This document shows, in pieces, positions 1 to 13,229 of a DNA stretch of 64,000 nt (the stretch's first letter is position 1; each line of letters starts with the position of its first letter). Source of the DNA: Eledone cirrhosa (taxonomy: Eukaryota); contig OZ024742.1 in the NCBI GenBank assembly GCA_964016885.1, positions 26,908,001 through 26,972,000 of the forward strand, written 5' to 3'. The position numbers and the translations under genes are program-made. The notes beneath the pieces are model-generated. The model was not told the origin of the DNA and searched no databases. It saw nothing but the letters and a program-made list of their open reading frames with translations.

Positions 1-3000
1 AGTGAGAAAGAGATATAGAGGAAGATAGAGAGATAGTGAATGGAAGTGAGAAAGAGATATAGAGAAAGATAGAGAGATAGTGAATGGAAGTGAGAAAGAG
101 ATATAGAGGAAGATAGAGAGACAGTGAATGGAAGTGAGAAAGAAATATAGAGGAAGATAGAGAGATAGTGAATGGAAGTGAGAAAGAGATATAGAGGAAG
201 ATAGAGAGATAGTGAATGGAAGTGAGAAAGAGATATAGAGGAAGATAGAGAGAGAGGGAATGGAAGTGAGAAAGAGATATAGAGGAAGATAGAGAGATAG
301 TGAATGGAAGTGAGAAAGAGATATAGAGGAAGATAGAGAGAGAGTGAATGGAAGTGAGAAAGAGATATAGAGGAAGATAGAGAGAGAGTGAATGGAAGTG
401 AGAAAGGGATATAGAGGAAGATGGAGAGAGAGTGAATGGAAGTGAGAAAGAGATATAGAGGAAGATAGAGAGAGAGGGAATGGAAGTGAGAAAGAGATAT
501 AGAGGAAGATAGAGAGAGAGTGAATGGAAGTGAGAAAGAGATATAGAGGAAGATAGAGAGACAGTGAATGGAAGTGAGAAAGAGATATAGAGGAAGATAG
601 AGAGATAGTGAATGGAAGTGAGAAAGAGATATAGAGGAAGATAGAGAGATAGTGAATGGAAGTGAGAAAGGGATATAGAGGAAGATAGAGAGATAGTGAA
701 TGGAAGTGAGAAAGAGATATAGAGGAAGATAGAGAGAGAGTGAATGGAAGGGAGAAAGGGATATAGAGGAAGATAGAGAGATAGTGAATGGAAGTGAGAA
801 AGAGATATAAAGGAAGATAGAGAGAGAGTGAATGGAAGTGAGAAAGAGATATAGAGGAAGATAGAGAGATAGTGAATGGAAGTGAGAAAGAGATATAGAG
901 GAAGATAGAGAGACAGTGAATGGAAGTGAGAAAGAGATATAAAGGAAGATAGAGAGAGAATGAATGGAAGTGAGAAAGAGATATAAAGGAAGATAGAGAG
1001 ACAGTGAATGGAAGTGAGAAAGAGATATAGAGGAAGATATAGAGAGAGTGAATGGAAGGGAGAAATAGATATAGAGGAAGATAGAGAGATAGTGAATGGA
1101 AGTGAGAAAGAGATATAAAGGAAGATAGAGAGAGAGTGAATGGAAGTGAGAAAGAGATATAGAGGAGGATAGAGAGATAGTGAATGGAAGTGAGAAAGAG
1201 ATATAGAGGAAGATAGAGAGAGAGTGAATGGAAGTGAGAAATAGATATAGAGGAAGATAGAGAGATAGTGAATGGAAGTGAGAAAGAGATATAAAGGAAG
1301 ATAGAGAGAGAGTGAATGGAAGTGAGAAAGAGATATAGAGGAGGATAGAGAGATAGTGAATGGAAGTGAGAAAGAGATATAGAGGAAGATAGAGAGAGAG
1401 TGAATGGAAGGGAGAAAGGGATATAGAGGAAGATAGAGAGATAGTGAATGGAAGTGAGAAAGAGATATAGAGGAAGATAGAGAGACAGTGAATGGAAGTG
1501 AGAAAGAGATATAGAGGAAGATAGAGAGATAGTGAATGGAAGGGAGAAAGGGATATAGAGGAAGATAGAGAGAGAGTGAATGGAAGTGAGAAAGAGATAT
1601 AGAGGAAGATAGAGAGAGAGTGAATGGAAGGGAGAAAGGGATATAGAGGAAGATAGAGAGATAGTGAATGGAAGTGAGAAAGAGATATAAAGGAAGATAG
1701 AGAGAGAGAGTGAATGGAAGTGAGAAAGAGATATAGAGGAGGATAGAGAGATAGTGAATGGAAGTGAGAAAGAGATATAGAGGAAGATAGAGAGACAGTG
1801 AATGGAAGTGAGAAAGATATATAAAGGAAGATAGAGAGAGAGTGAATGGATGTGAGAAAGAGATATAGAGGAAGATAGAGAGAGAGTGAATGGAAGGGAG
1901 AAAGGGATATAGAGGAAGATAGAGAGATAGTGAATGGAAGTGAGAAAGAGATATAAAGGAAGATAGAGAGAGAGTGAATGGAAGTGAGAAAGAGATATAG
2001 AGGAAGATAGAGAGGTAGTGAATGGAAGTGAGAAAGAGATATAGAGGAAGATAGAGAGATAGTGAATGGAAGTGAGAAAGGGATATAGAGGAAGATAGAG
2101 AGAGAGTGAATGGAAGTGAGAAAGAGATATAGAGGAAGATAGAGAGAGAGTGAATGGAAGGGAGAAAGGGATATAGAGGAAGATAGAGAGATAGTGAATG
2201 GAAGTGAGAAAGAGATATAAAGGAAGATAGAGAGAGAGTGAATGGAAGTGAGAAAGAGATATAGAGGAGGATAGAGAGATAGTGAATGGAAGTGAGAAAG
2301 AGATATAGAGGAAGATAGAGAGACAGTGAATGGAAGTGAGAAAGAGATATAAAGGAAGATAGCGAGAGAGTGAATGGAAGTGAGAAAGAGATATAGAGGA
2401 AGATAGAGAGAGAGTGAATGGAAGGGAGAAAGGGATATAGAGGAAGATAGAGAGATAGTGAATGGAAGTGAGAAAGAGATATAAAGGAAGATAGAGAGAG
2501 AGTGAATGGAAGTGAGAAAGAGATATAGAGGAAGATAGAGAGGTAGTGAATGGAAGTGAGAAAGAGATATAGAGGAAGATAGAGAGAGAGTGAATGGAAG
2601 TGAGAAAGAGATATAAAGGAAGATAGAGAGAGAGTGAATGGAAGTGAGAAAGAGATATAGAGGAAGATAGAGAGAGAGTGAATGGAAGTGAGAAAGAGAT
2701 ATAAAGGAAGATAGAGAGAGAGTGAATGGAAGGGAGAAAGGGATATAGAGGAAGATAGAGAGATAGTGAATGGAAGTGAGAAAGAGATATAGAGGAAGAT
2801 AGAGAGACAGTGAATGGAAGTGAGAAAGAGATATAGAGGAAGATAGAGAGACAGTGAATGGAAGTGAGAAAGGGATATAGAGGAAGATAGAGAGACAGTG
2901 AATGGAAGTGAGAAAGAGATATAAAGTAAGATAGAGAGATAGTGAATGGAAGTGAGAAACAGATATAGAGGAAGATAGAGAGATAGTGAATGGAAGTGAG

Positions 3001-5258
3001 AAAGAGATATAGAGGAAGATAGAGAGAGTGTGAATGGAAGTGAGAAAGGGATATAGAGGAAGATAGAGAGACAGTGAATGGAAGTGAGAAAGAGATATAA
3101 AGGAAGATAGAGAGAGAATGAATGGAAGTGAGAAAGAGATATAGAGGAAGATAGAGAGACAGTGAATGGAAGGGAGAAAGGGATATAGAGGAAGATAGAG
3201 AGATAGTGAATGGAAGTGAGAAATAGATATAGTGGAAGATAGAGAGAGTGTGAATGGAAGTGAGAAAGAGATATAGAGGAAGATAGAGAGACAGTGAATG
3301 GAAGTGAGAAAGAGATATAGAGGAAGATAGAGAGACAGTGAATGGAAGTGAGAAAGAGATATAGAGGAAGATAGAGAGAGAGTGAATGGAAGTGAGAAAG
3401 AGATATAGAGGAAGATAGAGAGAGAGTGAATGGAAGTGAGAAAGAGATATAGAGGAAGATAGAGAGAGAGTGAATGGAAGTGAGAAAGAGATATAGAGGA
3501 AGATAGAGAGACAGTGAATGGAAGGGAGAAAGGGATATAGAGGAAGATAGAGAGATAGTGAATGGAAGTGAGAAAGAGATATAGAGGAAGATAGAGAGAG
3601 TGTGAATGGAAGTGAGAAAGAGATATAGAGGAAGATAGAGAGAGTGTGAATTGAAGTGAGAAAGAGTTATAGAGGAAGATAGAGAGACAGTGAATGGAAG
3701 TGAGAAAGAGATATAGAGGAAGATAGAGAGAGAGTGAATGGAAGTGAGAAAGGGATATAGAGGAAGATAGAGAGAGAGTGAATGGAAGTGAGAAAGAGAT
3801 ATAGAAGAAGATGGAGAGAGAGTGAATGGAAGTGAGAAAGAGATTTAGAAGAAGATGGAGAGAGAGTGAATGGAAGTGACAAGAGATATAGAGGAAGATA
3901 GAGAGAGAGTGAATGGAAGTGAGAAAGATATAGAGGAAGATAGAGAGATAGTGAATGGAAGTGAGAAAGAGATATAAAGCAAGATAGAGAGAGAGTGAAT
4001 GGAAGTGAGAAAGAGATATAGAGGAAGATAGAGAGAGAGTGAATGGAAGTGAGAAAGAGATATAGAAGAAGATAGAGAGAGAGTGAATGGAAGTGAGAAA
4101 GAGATATAGAGGAAGATAGAGAGATAGTACATGGAAGTGAGAAAGAGATATAGAGGAAGATAGAGAGAGAGTGAATGGAAGTGAGAAAGAGATATAGAAG
4201 AAGATAGAGAGAGAGTGAATGGAAGTGAGAAAGAGATATAGAGGAAGATAGAGAGATAGTAAATGGAAGTGAGAAAGAGATATAGAGGAAGATAGAGAGA
4301 CAGTGAATGGAAGTGAGAAAGAGATATAGAAGAAGATAGAGAGAGAGTGAATGGAAGTGAGAAAGAGATATAGAGGAAGATAGAGAGATAGTAAATGGAA
4401 GTGAGAAAGGGATATAGAGGAAGATAGAGAGAGAGTGAATGGAAGTGAGAAAGAGATATAGAAGAAGATAGAGAGAGAGTGAATGGAAGTGAGAAAGAGA
4501 TATAGAGGAAGATAGAGAGATAGTAAATGGAAGTGAGAACGGGATATAGAGGAAGATAGAGAGAGAGTGAATGGAAGTGAGAAAGAGATATAGAGGAAGA
4601 TAGAGAGAGAGTGAATGGAAGTGAGAAAGAGATATAGAGGAAGATAGAGAGATAGTGAATGGAAGTGAGAAAGGGATATAGAGGAAGATAGAGAGAGAGT
4701 GAATGGAAGTGAGAAAGAGATATAGAGGAAGATAGAGAGATAGTGAATGGAAGTGAGAAAGAGATATAGAGGAAGATAGAGAGACAGTGAATGGAAGTGA
4801 GAAAGAGATATAGAGGAAGATAGAGAGAGAGTGAATGGAAGTGAGAAAGAGATATAGAGGAAGATAGAGAGATAGTGAATGGAAGTGAGAAAGAGATATA
4901 GAGGAAGATAGAGAGATAGTGAATGGAAGTGAGAAAGAGATATAGAGGAAGATAGAGAGAGAGTGAATGGAAGTGAGAAAGAGATATAGAGGAAGATAGA
5001 GAGATAGTGAATGGAAGTGAGAAAGAGATATAGAGGAAGATAGAGAGACAGTGAATGGAAGTGAGAAAGAGATATAGAGGAAGATAGAGAGAGAGTGAAT
5101 GGAAGTGAGAAAGAGATATAGAGGAAGATAGAGAGACAGTGAATGGAAGTGAGAAAGAGATATAGAGGAAGATAGAGAGATAGTGAATGGAAGTGAGAAA
5201 GAGATATAGAGGAAGATAGAGAGAGAGTGAATGGAAGTGAGAAAGAGATATAGAGGAA
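1..5258. repeat. 44-bp tandem satellite (GTGAATGGAAGTGAGAAAGAGATATAGAGGAAGATAGAGAGA[T/G/C]A)n, ~119 copies, cut by the left window edge
   Basis: AGTGAGAAAG recurs at 1, 45, 89 and onward. The + strand is almost free of C. Confidence 0.98.
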
Positions 5259-5761
5259 GAATTGAAACCAGTATTAGATGGTTATCTTTCCTTATTACAA
5301 AATTTATACTACTGTAGCTGTTTTTGTTGCTGCTGCCATGAATGATGACGGTGATGATGCTGTTGTTGTTAGTGATGGTAGTATTGGGGTTGGGTTTTGT
5401 GTTCTTGTTTCTGGTTGTGGTGGTAGTGAGGAGGGGGTAGAAGATGATGGGGAGGGTTACGTAGTTCACGAATATAGTTATGACGATGATGATGATAAAA
5501 AAAGGCTTTGTGTGGTGATTGTGGTGATGAAGTTAATGTCTATCATTATAATGATGACCTTGATGACGATGCCGCATTCACAGATTGGATCCCACAATAC
5601 CTTGCAGCGTCTAGTTTCATGAGTTTAGATTAAGTGTTTAAATTTCATCATCTTAATATTTGACTGATCTTCCTCAAATACCCAGCTCTATCTTTCACTA
5701 ATTGAATTCAGTGCAGTCTACTACACTTTACCTCTCCCTCACTATTGCACCCGTTTCTGTG

Positions 5762-5804
<43 letters not shown>

Positions 5805-5807
<3 letters not shown>

Positions 5808-6025
5808 ATAATAATAAATGTGAAGACTAAAATCGAAAGTGGGATAAGGCTAGATATATATCAAATATATAAGAACCCTAGAGCAAATATTTATTAAAAT
5901 AACAGATTAAAGTTTAAGCAAAGAATCGCTGCTTTCACCCTTAATGGGATCTTATGAAACATTTTTAGTTTCAGAAGATCCCGTTAAGTGTGAAAGCAGC
6001 GATTCTTTGCTTTAATCAGTTATTT
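5805..6025 (-). mobile_element. Fold-back element family A, copy 1 (Penelope pLTR-like, hammerhead-like core), in (TA)n
   Basis: Inverted arms ~5897-5961 and ~5969-6025 with a unique left tail. Near-identical to 38226-38445. Confidence 0.75.
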
Positions 6026-6039
6026 ATATATATATATAT

Positions 6040-6234
6040 CTGTCCTTAGGGCATCAACATACGTTAACCTTGGTCTTCCACTTCCAGGGTGTCCATGTAG
6101 GGGCTCCCACGGGAGCACTGAGTGCAATGTCAACTCTGGATATCGGTCTGTTGGAGACGCAGGACATGGCAGCGATAATGAGGGACAGAGACCGCTGGAG
6201 AGAACTCCTCCATGGATCTCGGGAATTTTACCGG

Positions 6235-6237
<3 letters not shown>
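6040..6237 (+). mobile_element. 3' end of an RTE-type LINE with an inverted 5' segment
   Basis: Minus 6040-6109 reads WEPLHGHPGSGRPRLTYVDALRTD. Plus from ~6139 continues DIGLLETQDMAAIMRDRDRWRELL, a typical RTE C-terminus. Confidence 0.7.
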
Positions 6238-6288
<51 letters not shown>

Positions 6289-6678
6289 ATTTAGGAGGAG
6301 GAATGAAGTAATTATTTGATTAAACATTAATCTGCACTAATAATATGTATATATACAGTTCTTCCCCGGTATTCACTGAGACTACGTTCTTACAGCACCC
6401 GCGAAGAGAGATAAACTGCGAATATTGGTCGTGGTCAATAAAAATGCCTATACACGTCAAAAATATAATTAAAAAGATTAGAAGCGGCGTCCAATAGGCC
6501 GGCAAATATGGTACAGTGTTATTAATAATTTAGCGTTAAAAGATATATATTACAACGAAAAAAGCCATTAATGATATTGCGGATGATATCTACGATGCTC
6601 TAAATATGCATTGGTATACACGAAAAATTATTATTTTCCAAGGAGAATCTGCAAATAACCCGCGTATGCCGGGGGTAC

Positions 6679-6728
<50 letters not shown>

Positions 6729-7000
6729 TCACACCTCTTACACACTCCTTTATCGTCAGCCTATGAACACTTAACTGAGACATCCTATATATATAACAAT
6801 GATGCGTACACTTAGAAGTCATGCGACGCTGAGCTTGACAGAACCGAAACGAGTGCAACTTGTTAGAATGTTGCAAGTGCAGTCCATTAATGGAACTGTA
6901 AAAATATGTAAATCACGTGTACACATATAACTCAACACATGCAGATCCACACATACAATAACATCCATATCACACACAGACAAACACAATTATACAAGCA

Positions 7001-7066
<66 letters not shown>

Positions 7067-7326
7067 CCTATCTATCTATCTCACTCTCTCTCGATCTAGC
7101 TGTCGTCTGTTCTACAGCGTAGATGTAATTCACTTCGCGCAGAAGTTTTGTTCAAATTTATTGCGGAAATTTTGTAAGTTCAATTTTAATTTTGATACTA
7201 TTGTGTAGCTTGACCCCCCCGTCTGAACTGTCAGGCGGTGGGTCAGCTCATCTTTACCCCTCCTAGGGGTGAAAAACCTGTTTTTAAAAATTTTGTGGCA
7301 TAACAAATTTCAATCGTCTAACAGAA

Positions 7327-9240
7327 ATGTTAGACGAAGCTAACGAAAATAGTGGTGGGGGGTCAGCGGTAAGAGTTGTAAGCTCGCACGCTTTAGTCCC
7401 CCCTTCCTTCCCAACTAACGTCATAGAGAAGGAAGGAAAAAATAAAATAAAAGCAGACGAATCTGCGGAGAAAAATGACGAAAACACAAATCTGGACATG
7501 GATTCCAACAAAGAAAAAAAAAAATTTGAAAAATTGCATGACAATATTAATACCACAAACAAAGACACAACAAACACAAAAATAACATTTGAAAACAAAA
7601 ACATCATAACAGAAAGCAAAGCAGACGACAAAGTCAACACCAATAATGTTTCATTTGCACAAACAACAAATAAATCTTTGACATATATACCTGAAAATAT
7701 TTCAGATGTGGCACAAAGAATTGCAGACGCCAAACAATATATAACTGAAGGAGAGAATGGTATTTTATCGGTAAAAATGCCTCAAGAACTCACCAAAGAC
7801 ATTGAAAGTCGAACGGTCGTTTTCCGCACCATCAACAACACTTCTAAAAAACCTGAACAGCCAACTCAAACAGAAATTAAAACAGTACTCACAGAAGTAA
7901 TTAATGAAACCACTTTCATAAGAAAAGACAGACTGTATGGAAGCCTAGCGATTATTATGAAGAACGAATCGGCGGCAAAAAAATGTGCTTTGTCACCGAT
8001 TCGTTCAACAAATTTTACCTTTTATCCATCTTATATGGGTAAAAGAACTCAACGCATATGGCTGGATGCAATGATGCCAGATGTGGACTACTGCTGGCTC
8101 ATAGCTGGCTTCATCGATCCAGCGAATGACAACGTGATTTCCATTGGGAAAACCACAGGCAATGCGTTCAGTGGAACAGGTATAGAGCTTGTAGTGCAAA
8201 TGAAGCCTGAAGGCATCGCCCAAATACCCGACAGAATCCTATTAGAAGGCCACGGGTATATAAACATTAGCGTGGAGGGATGAAGACCGTCCTGTCATAT
8301 CTGTGCAGGCAGAGGGCACCTGAAGGTGGCTTGTCCCCAACTCAACAAAAAGAAAACCCTGCTACCAAAACCAGCTCCACCACCACCACCACAACAGATA
8401 AACAAACAACAAAACTCAGTCCCACCCAACCCGTCCCTCAGTAAAACTGCACCACCACCACAACACAGGCAGTCACAACACATTACCCCAAAACAAAATA
8501 CAGGCCCACCCAACCCCTCACTCAATAAAACAACACAACCACCGCACCCACAACACACAACACAGTCTAACATAGTGACATCCATCTCCCCCACAAAGAA
8601 AACCAACACGGAAACATTACCAGCAAACATACCTCTTCCCTCCAACACTGAAGATAACCCAACGAATTCGGAGGAAGAAACGGAGTCCTTCAGACAGAAT
8701 AAAAGGAAAAAAAGAAAACATGTGCAAAACACTCAAGGCAAACCAACCCCCACCCAAATGTCAACACAATCCAACAAAACACAAAACACCCCTCCAGCAA
8801 CAAACAAAACCAAACCTGCCCCTCCCCTCTTCTAAACACTCACACCATCCGAAAAAAAGACATTACACTATACTTACATCAACAGAAACAATAATAAATT
8901 AAATGAACTCATAAACAATAATCCTTCAGTACAAACCGAAGGTGTAAACTTTGTTTCTTCAGAAAACTACCCACATTTAAAACTAATAAAGATCCCAATG
9001 AACCTCTACCAAAAACTAAAAAAGGATTTTAAGGAGGACGTAGGACCACCCTCTGTCAAACCCATAAACCGCGTCCTACTAAAAAGCTTTCCCCCTCCCC
9101 TTCCCCTCCCCAACACAACTCCAAACACCCCAACCCCACCACACACTGACGACCCCACACAACCACAAGACACCCCTTCACCCAACACCCCCGACCCCAT
9201 GGAAGTCGTGCGACCCGAACCCCGGGAAGCGGAAAGGTAG
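7327..9240 (+). pseudogene. LINE ORF1 (~637 codons) broken by two in-frame stops (TGA 8281-8283, TAA 8833-8835)
   Basis: Track ORFs 7327, 8326 and 8998 share one frame. Directly after the TGA the frame reads RPSCHICAGRGHLKVACP (C-x2-C-x4-H-x4-C). Confidence 0.9.
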
Positions 9241-9273
9241 GTCTCTACACTCTCCTTTGGCTCTGCCGCCCAC

Positions 9274-12200
9274 ATGGATGTGTTAAGAGTAGGATGTTTG
9301 AATGCACGTGGCCTGGACTCAACTTGGAAGCAAGCAAAGCTTCTAAATGACCTCAGGTCATGTGGTATAAATGTAATGGTTATCTGTGAGACTCGGATCA
9401 GCGTCGTGCGGCAGCTGGCCCCTACCTTCGATGACTTTGAGGTGCATGCATCTCTCTGTCAACCTGGAGGTGGGGGTGGGGTTGTCGTACTGCTGCAAAA
9501 ACACCTGGGTCTTGCCGTACAGGTTGTTCACTCGGACCCGGAGGGTCGTTTGTTGGTGCTAGACGTTGTCAGTAGTGAAGGTGCGGCCTTCAGACTGGTC
9601 GCCGTCTACTCCCCTTTCGGAGCTGAACGGCCCGACTTCTTCCAGCGTTTGGAGACTTTTCTGGGAACGTCGCGTTCCCTGCTTCTATCGGGGGATTGGA
9701 ATGACATCCTAGATGCACGTTGGGACTATGCAGGAGCATGTCCTAATAGAGGGGGTGTAACAGCCTCAAGGGGTTACTCGACCGTTTTAACTTGGTCGAT
9801 AGATATCGACTAGATTTTCCAACTGTGCCTACCTGGACTTGGAGAAACCACAGTGGTCAATCTAGATCGTACTTAGATAGATTCTTAGTTAGAAGTAAGG
9901 ATAGGGACATATTAAGCTGTCCAGAAATGCGCACGGTTGGCTATACGGATCACAAATTAGTGACCTGCGTAGTCAATCTCGAGAAAACACATAAACAGGG
10001 TCCCGGTTACTGGAAACTTAATTTGTCTTTACCGGCAAAAGAGACTTACAGAAACCGGATTAGCAGATTAGTTAAGGAGAGGTTGAAGGGTACAATCGTC
10101 AACAACCGATGGTGGGCATCTCTCAAAAGAGAGATTAGAACAGAATCAATAAGTTATAGCAAGATGTTAGCTGCCGATAGGAATAGAAACGAGAAAGAAT
10201 TAACAGGTAAATTAGAAGAGGCAATCAAGAGCGAAGATGTGGCCAGAGTGCTGGCATCGAGGACGGCCTTGAACCAGTTTTTCTGCGTCATTCGAAGTAA
10301 AATACGTGCTCTAGGTAATGAGGGGGCCAAAGCCGTTGGCTGGGCCCGCGTGACAGAAGCTAAGAGTGGAAATCGATCCACCATCCGGTCGTTGCAAGAC
10401 GAAGATGGACGGGTGATCCGGGAGCCTAAGCAGATGTGCGAGGCCTTTCAAAGGCACTTTGCCCGATTATTCGGGGGAGGCGGGGGTCCGGGTGGGGACG
10501 TGGATTTCGGTCCATACCTCGACGGCCTGCCGCGTCTCTCGAGCGAAGAGGCAGAGTCCTGCGAGGGACCAATCTCGGCTGATGAGATCGGAGATGCGCT
10601 GAGCCAATGCAGCAGACGCAAATCTCCAGGTCTCGATGGTATACCTTACGAACTTTATTTAGCAATGCCGGTGTACTTCTCCGAACTCCTCGAAGCGGTC
10701 TACTGCAATTGGCAGCAGAACGGGAGAATTCCTTGTTCTGTAGCCAAGGGCGTAGAGTCGCTGGTGAGGAAGGACGAGAACAAGTGGGATAGTATAAATC
10801 ATTTTCGGCCCATAACCCTGCTAAACACAGAGTTAAAGATTTTGGCCAAGGTGTTAGCAAAGAGGTTGGCGCTTGTCGTGGGTAGCCTGGTGGGAGATGC
10901 GCAGACATGTGCTATCCCATCCAGGTCCATTCACGATAAACTCCACCTCATGCGATACATCATAGAGAGGGTTGGCAACAAACCCGGCTTCAGTTGGGCC
11001 CTGATCAACTTGGATCAGTCTAAGGCCTTCGATAGGCTCGACTATGGTTACCTGGATGCGGTGCTAGCGGCGGCTGGGTTCGGTCCTGTTTTCAGAGGCT
11101 GGATCACTGCCTTACATAGCAACAACATCTGTTCTAGGATCAAGGTGAACGGCTACCTTTCGAAGCCGTTCGAAATCACACGATCTATTCGACAGGGGTG
11201 CCCTCTCTCCTCCCTTCTGTACGTATTGACTCTCGAGCCTTTACTGAGGAAGTTGGAGTTGTTGCAGGGTATCCCCCTGGAACCAGGATTGAGCAAAGCG
11301 GTGTCGGCCTACGCCGATGACGTAACAGTAATGGTATCGACCGACTCGGAGATCAAGGCGATCGGTACCTTACTGGAGGTTTACGAAAGGTTGTCAGGAG
11401 CGAAACTGAACCGGGAAAAATCCATCTGGCTGCAACTCGGAACGTGGAGAGGCAGACCGATGCCTCCCGAGGGTGTCGTCGGACACTGGACGGAGGGCCC
11501 AGTAAAGTTGCTTGGGGTCTGGTTTGGACCGGATCTCCAGGTGGAAAAGAACTGGGACGAGGTTACGAACAAGGTGTTTGCACTAACCCAGAAATGGGCC
11601 AAGTGTAAGCTGTCCCTAAAAGGCCGGGCGGAGATGGCGAACATTTACATAGCGTCCGTCATTTACTACCGCCTGACTGTCGTGCCTTGCCCTAAGGAAA
11701 CACTCACCACCATGGAACGCATGCTCTTCCAATTTCTTTGGAAGAAGCGCTCTCCTATAGTGAGAAGATCCATCTGCTGCCAACAACCTTCGAAAGGAGG
11801 GCTGGGGATGCCGTGGTTGATGATGCGTAGGCACGCATTAAGGCTACGGCACCTACAGGTATTCCTCACTGGTCAACCGGTGTGGGCTCCGTTCGTGAAA
11901 CGAGCCTTTCCGAGACTCGTCTCGCTCACCGAGCTGCAGTCCTTGGTCAAGCAAAGATCCGGAAAACTGGGAGACTGGCATACTGAGTGTGCTCAGGCGC
12001 TCAGGGCTCTCTGGCAAGCGGGCCAGGCCATCGGTGGAGAATCCACCTCATCATTCTATAGAGGGCTGGTGGCTAGCAGTGGCGATGACACTCTTGGAGA
12101 GTCGCTGGACATGGAAGAGGACGAACTGGCCAGCCTGTTCGGTAGGACTTTCGGCCCGGGACCAATGGACAACTTCCAGAAGTCACTGGTCTGGCAGTGC

Positions 12201-12690
12201 TACCGGAGGGCTCTACCAGTTCGAGAGAGGCTCTACATACACGGGCGCCCGGGCAGGGATCCCTCAAAAAAGATTTGCCCTAGATGCGTGCGTCACGAAG
12301 AAACCGTTGCGCACGCATTGGTGCAATGTCCGGGCGTGGCTGATCTGTGGGGTTACGCCGAACGACTGCTGTCGCAGGTGGCGCCGATTCAATTGACCGC
12401 CGAGTCCGTGATGACAATCAAACCGCCTCCCCTCTTCACAGGAAGCAAAGGCGGTTTTTCTGTGCGTAATAGCCATGTTGAAAGAGGTTGTTTGGTGGAC
12501 ACGATTGAAAGGTCTGAGGTCAAGCAACTTCCTCTCTGGCCATAGTCTGGTCTACTTCTTCTGATATCACTTCGGAAGAAGGATAAGAATGGAGAGAGAG
12601 GTGCTTGGCCACAGGCAGTTTTATGAAAGGTGGGTGATAGTGGCGAGAATGGCTCGTGTAAATGGGCCTTCTCTGTATACCATCCCGTAG
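9274..12690 (+). pseudogene. LINE ORF2: APE endonuclease, reverse transcriptase and C-terminal Zn finger, with frameshifts near 9755 and 12445
   Basis: LNARGL, ICET, GDWN, SYLDRF, TDHK (APE). KSPGLDG, RPITLLN, LDQSKAFDR, IRQGCPLS, YADD at 11310-11321 (RT). CPRC..ETVAHALVQC. The shifted frame continues to TAG 12688-12690 through one internal stop. Confidence 0.95.
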
Positions 12691-12926
12691 GTAAAGAGGT
12701 GAAGGAGAGGGGAGCACCTTCTCCATGTGCTCCCCGGGCAAAGGATTGCACACTTTTTCGGGGGTGTGTGCAACCCCCATCACTTCCCCTCCCTTTTGAG
12801 GTTGTTTTCGATTATTTTCATTTTATACCCGTTTTACTCGATTGTATGTAAACTCCCCCTTTGTATTTGTCCCTTCTTGTTATGCCTTTATGGTAAATAA
12901 AGAAATATATCTATCTCACTCTGTCC

Positions 12927-12969
<43 letters not shown>

Positions 12970-13229
12970 ATAAAGAAGAGAGACGGATTTAAACGTACAC
13001 CTGCTTTACGTCAGTTTACGAACAAATTCAGGGGATTATCTTATCAACCAACTTTCCTTAATTGAATATGCCAACACTCGAGCGAGAATGAGGAGTCCGT
13101 TCTAATAGTATGGCTGATAAAAGAGGCTGATCTCCATAATGGCAAACTGAATATTATTATTAATATTCGAAAAACTGATTAATTTGTTATATATATATAT
13201 ACATATATATATATGTATATATAGTGTAT

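Larger units (their letters stand above)
7088..12907 (+). mobile_element. Full-length L1-clade (Tx1-like) non-LTR retrotransposon, inactivated
   Basis: ORF1 with CCHC knuckle, ORF2 with APE endonuclease + RT + Zn finger, AATAAA at 12896-12901, 15-bp TSD TATCTATCTCACTCT at 7073-7087 and 12908-12922. Confidence 0.95.

Noticed and set aside
1-5258. CRISPR-like array
   Set aside because: No unique spacers, no cas genes, and a eukaryotic context.
3667-5469. 600-aa minus-strand ORF
   Set aside because: It is a translation of the 44-bp satellite, whose pyrimidine strand lacks stops. It cycles through three repeat frames.
8281-8283. Programmed readthrough or selenocysteine at the ORF1 TGA
   Set aside because: The related element has Arg here (EGRRP), so CGA>TGA decay is simpler, and the copy has other lesions.
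10154-12783. Antisense and alternate-frame ORFs inside the LINE
   Set aside because: Shadow ORFs of GC-richer coding DNA with no recognisable motifs.
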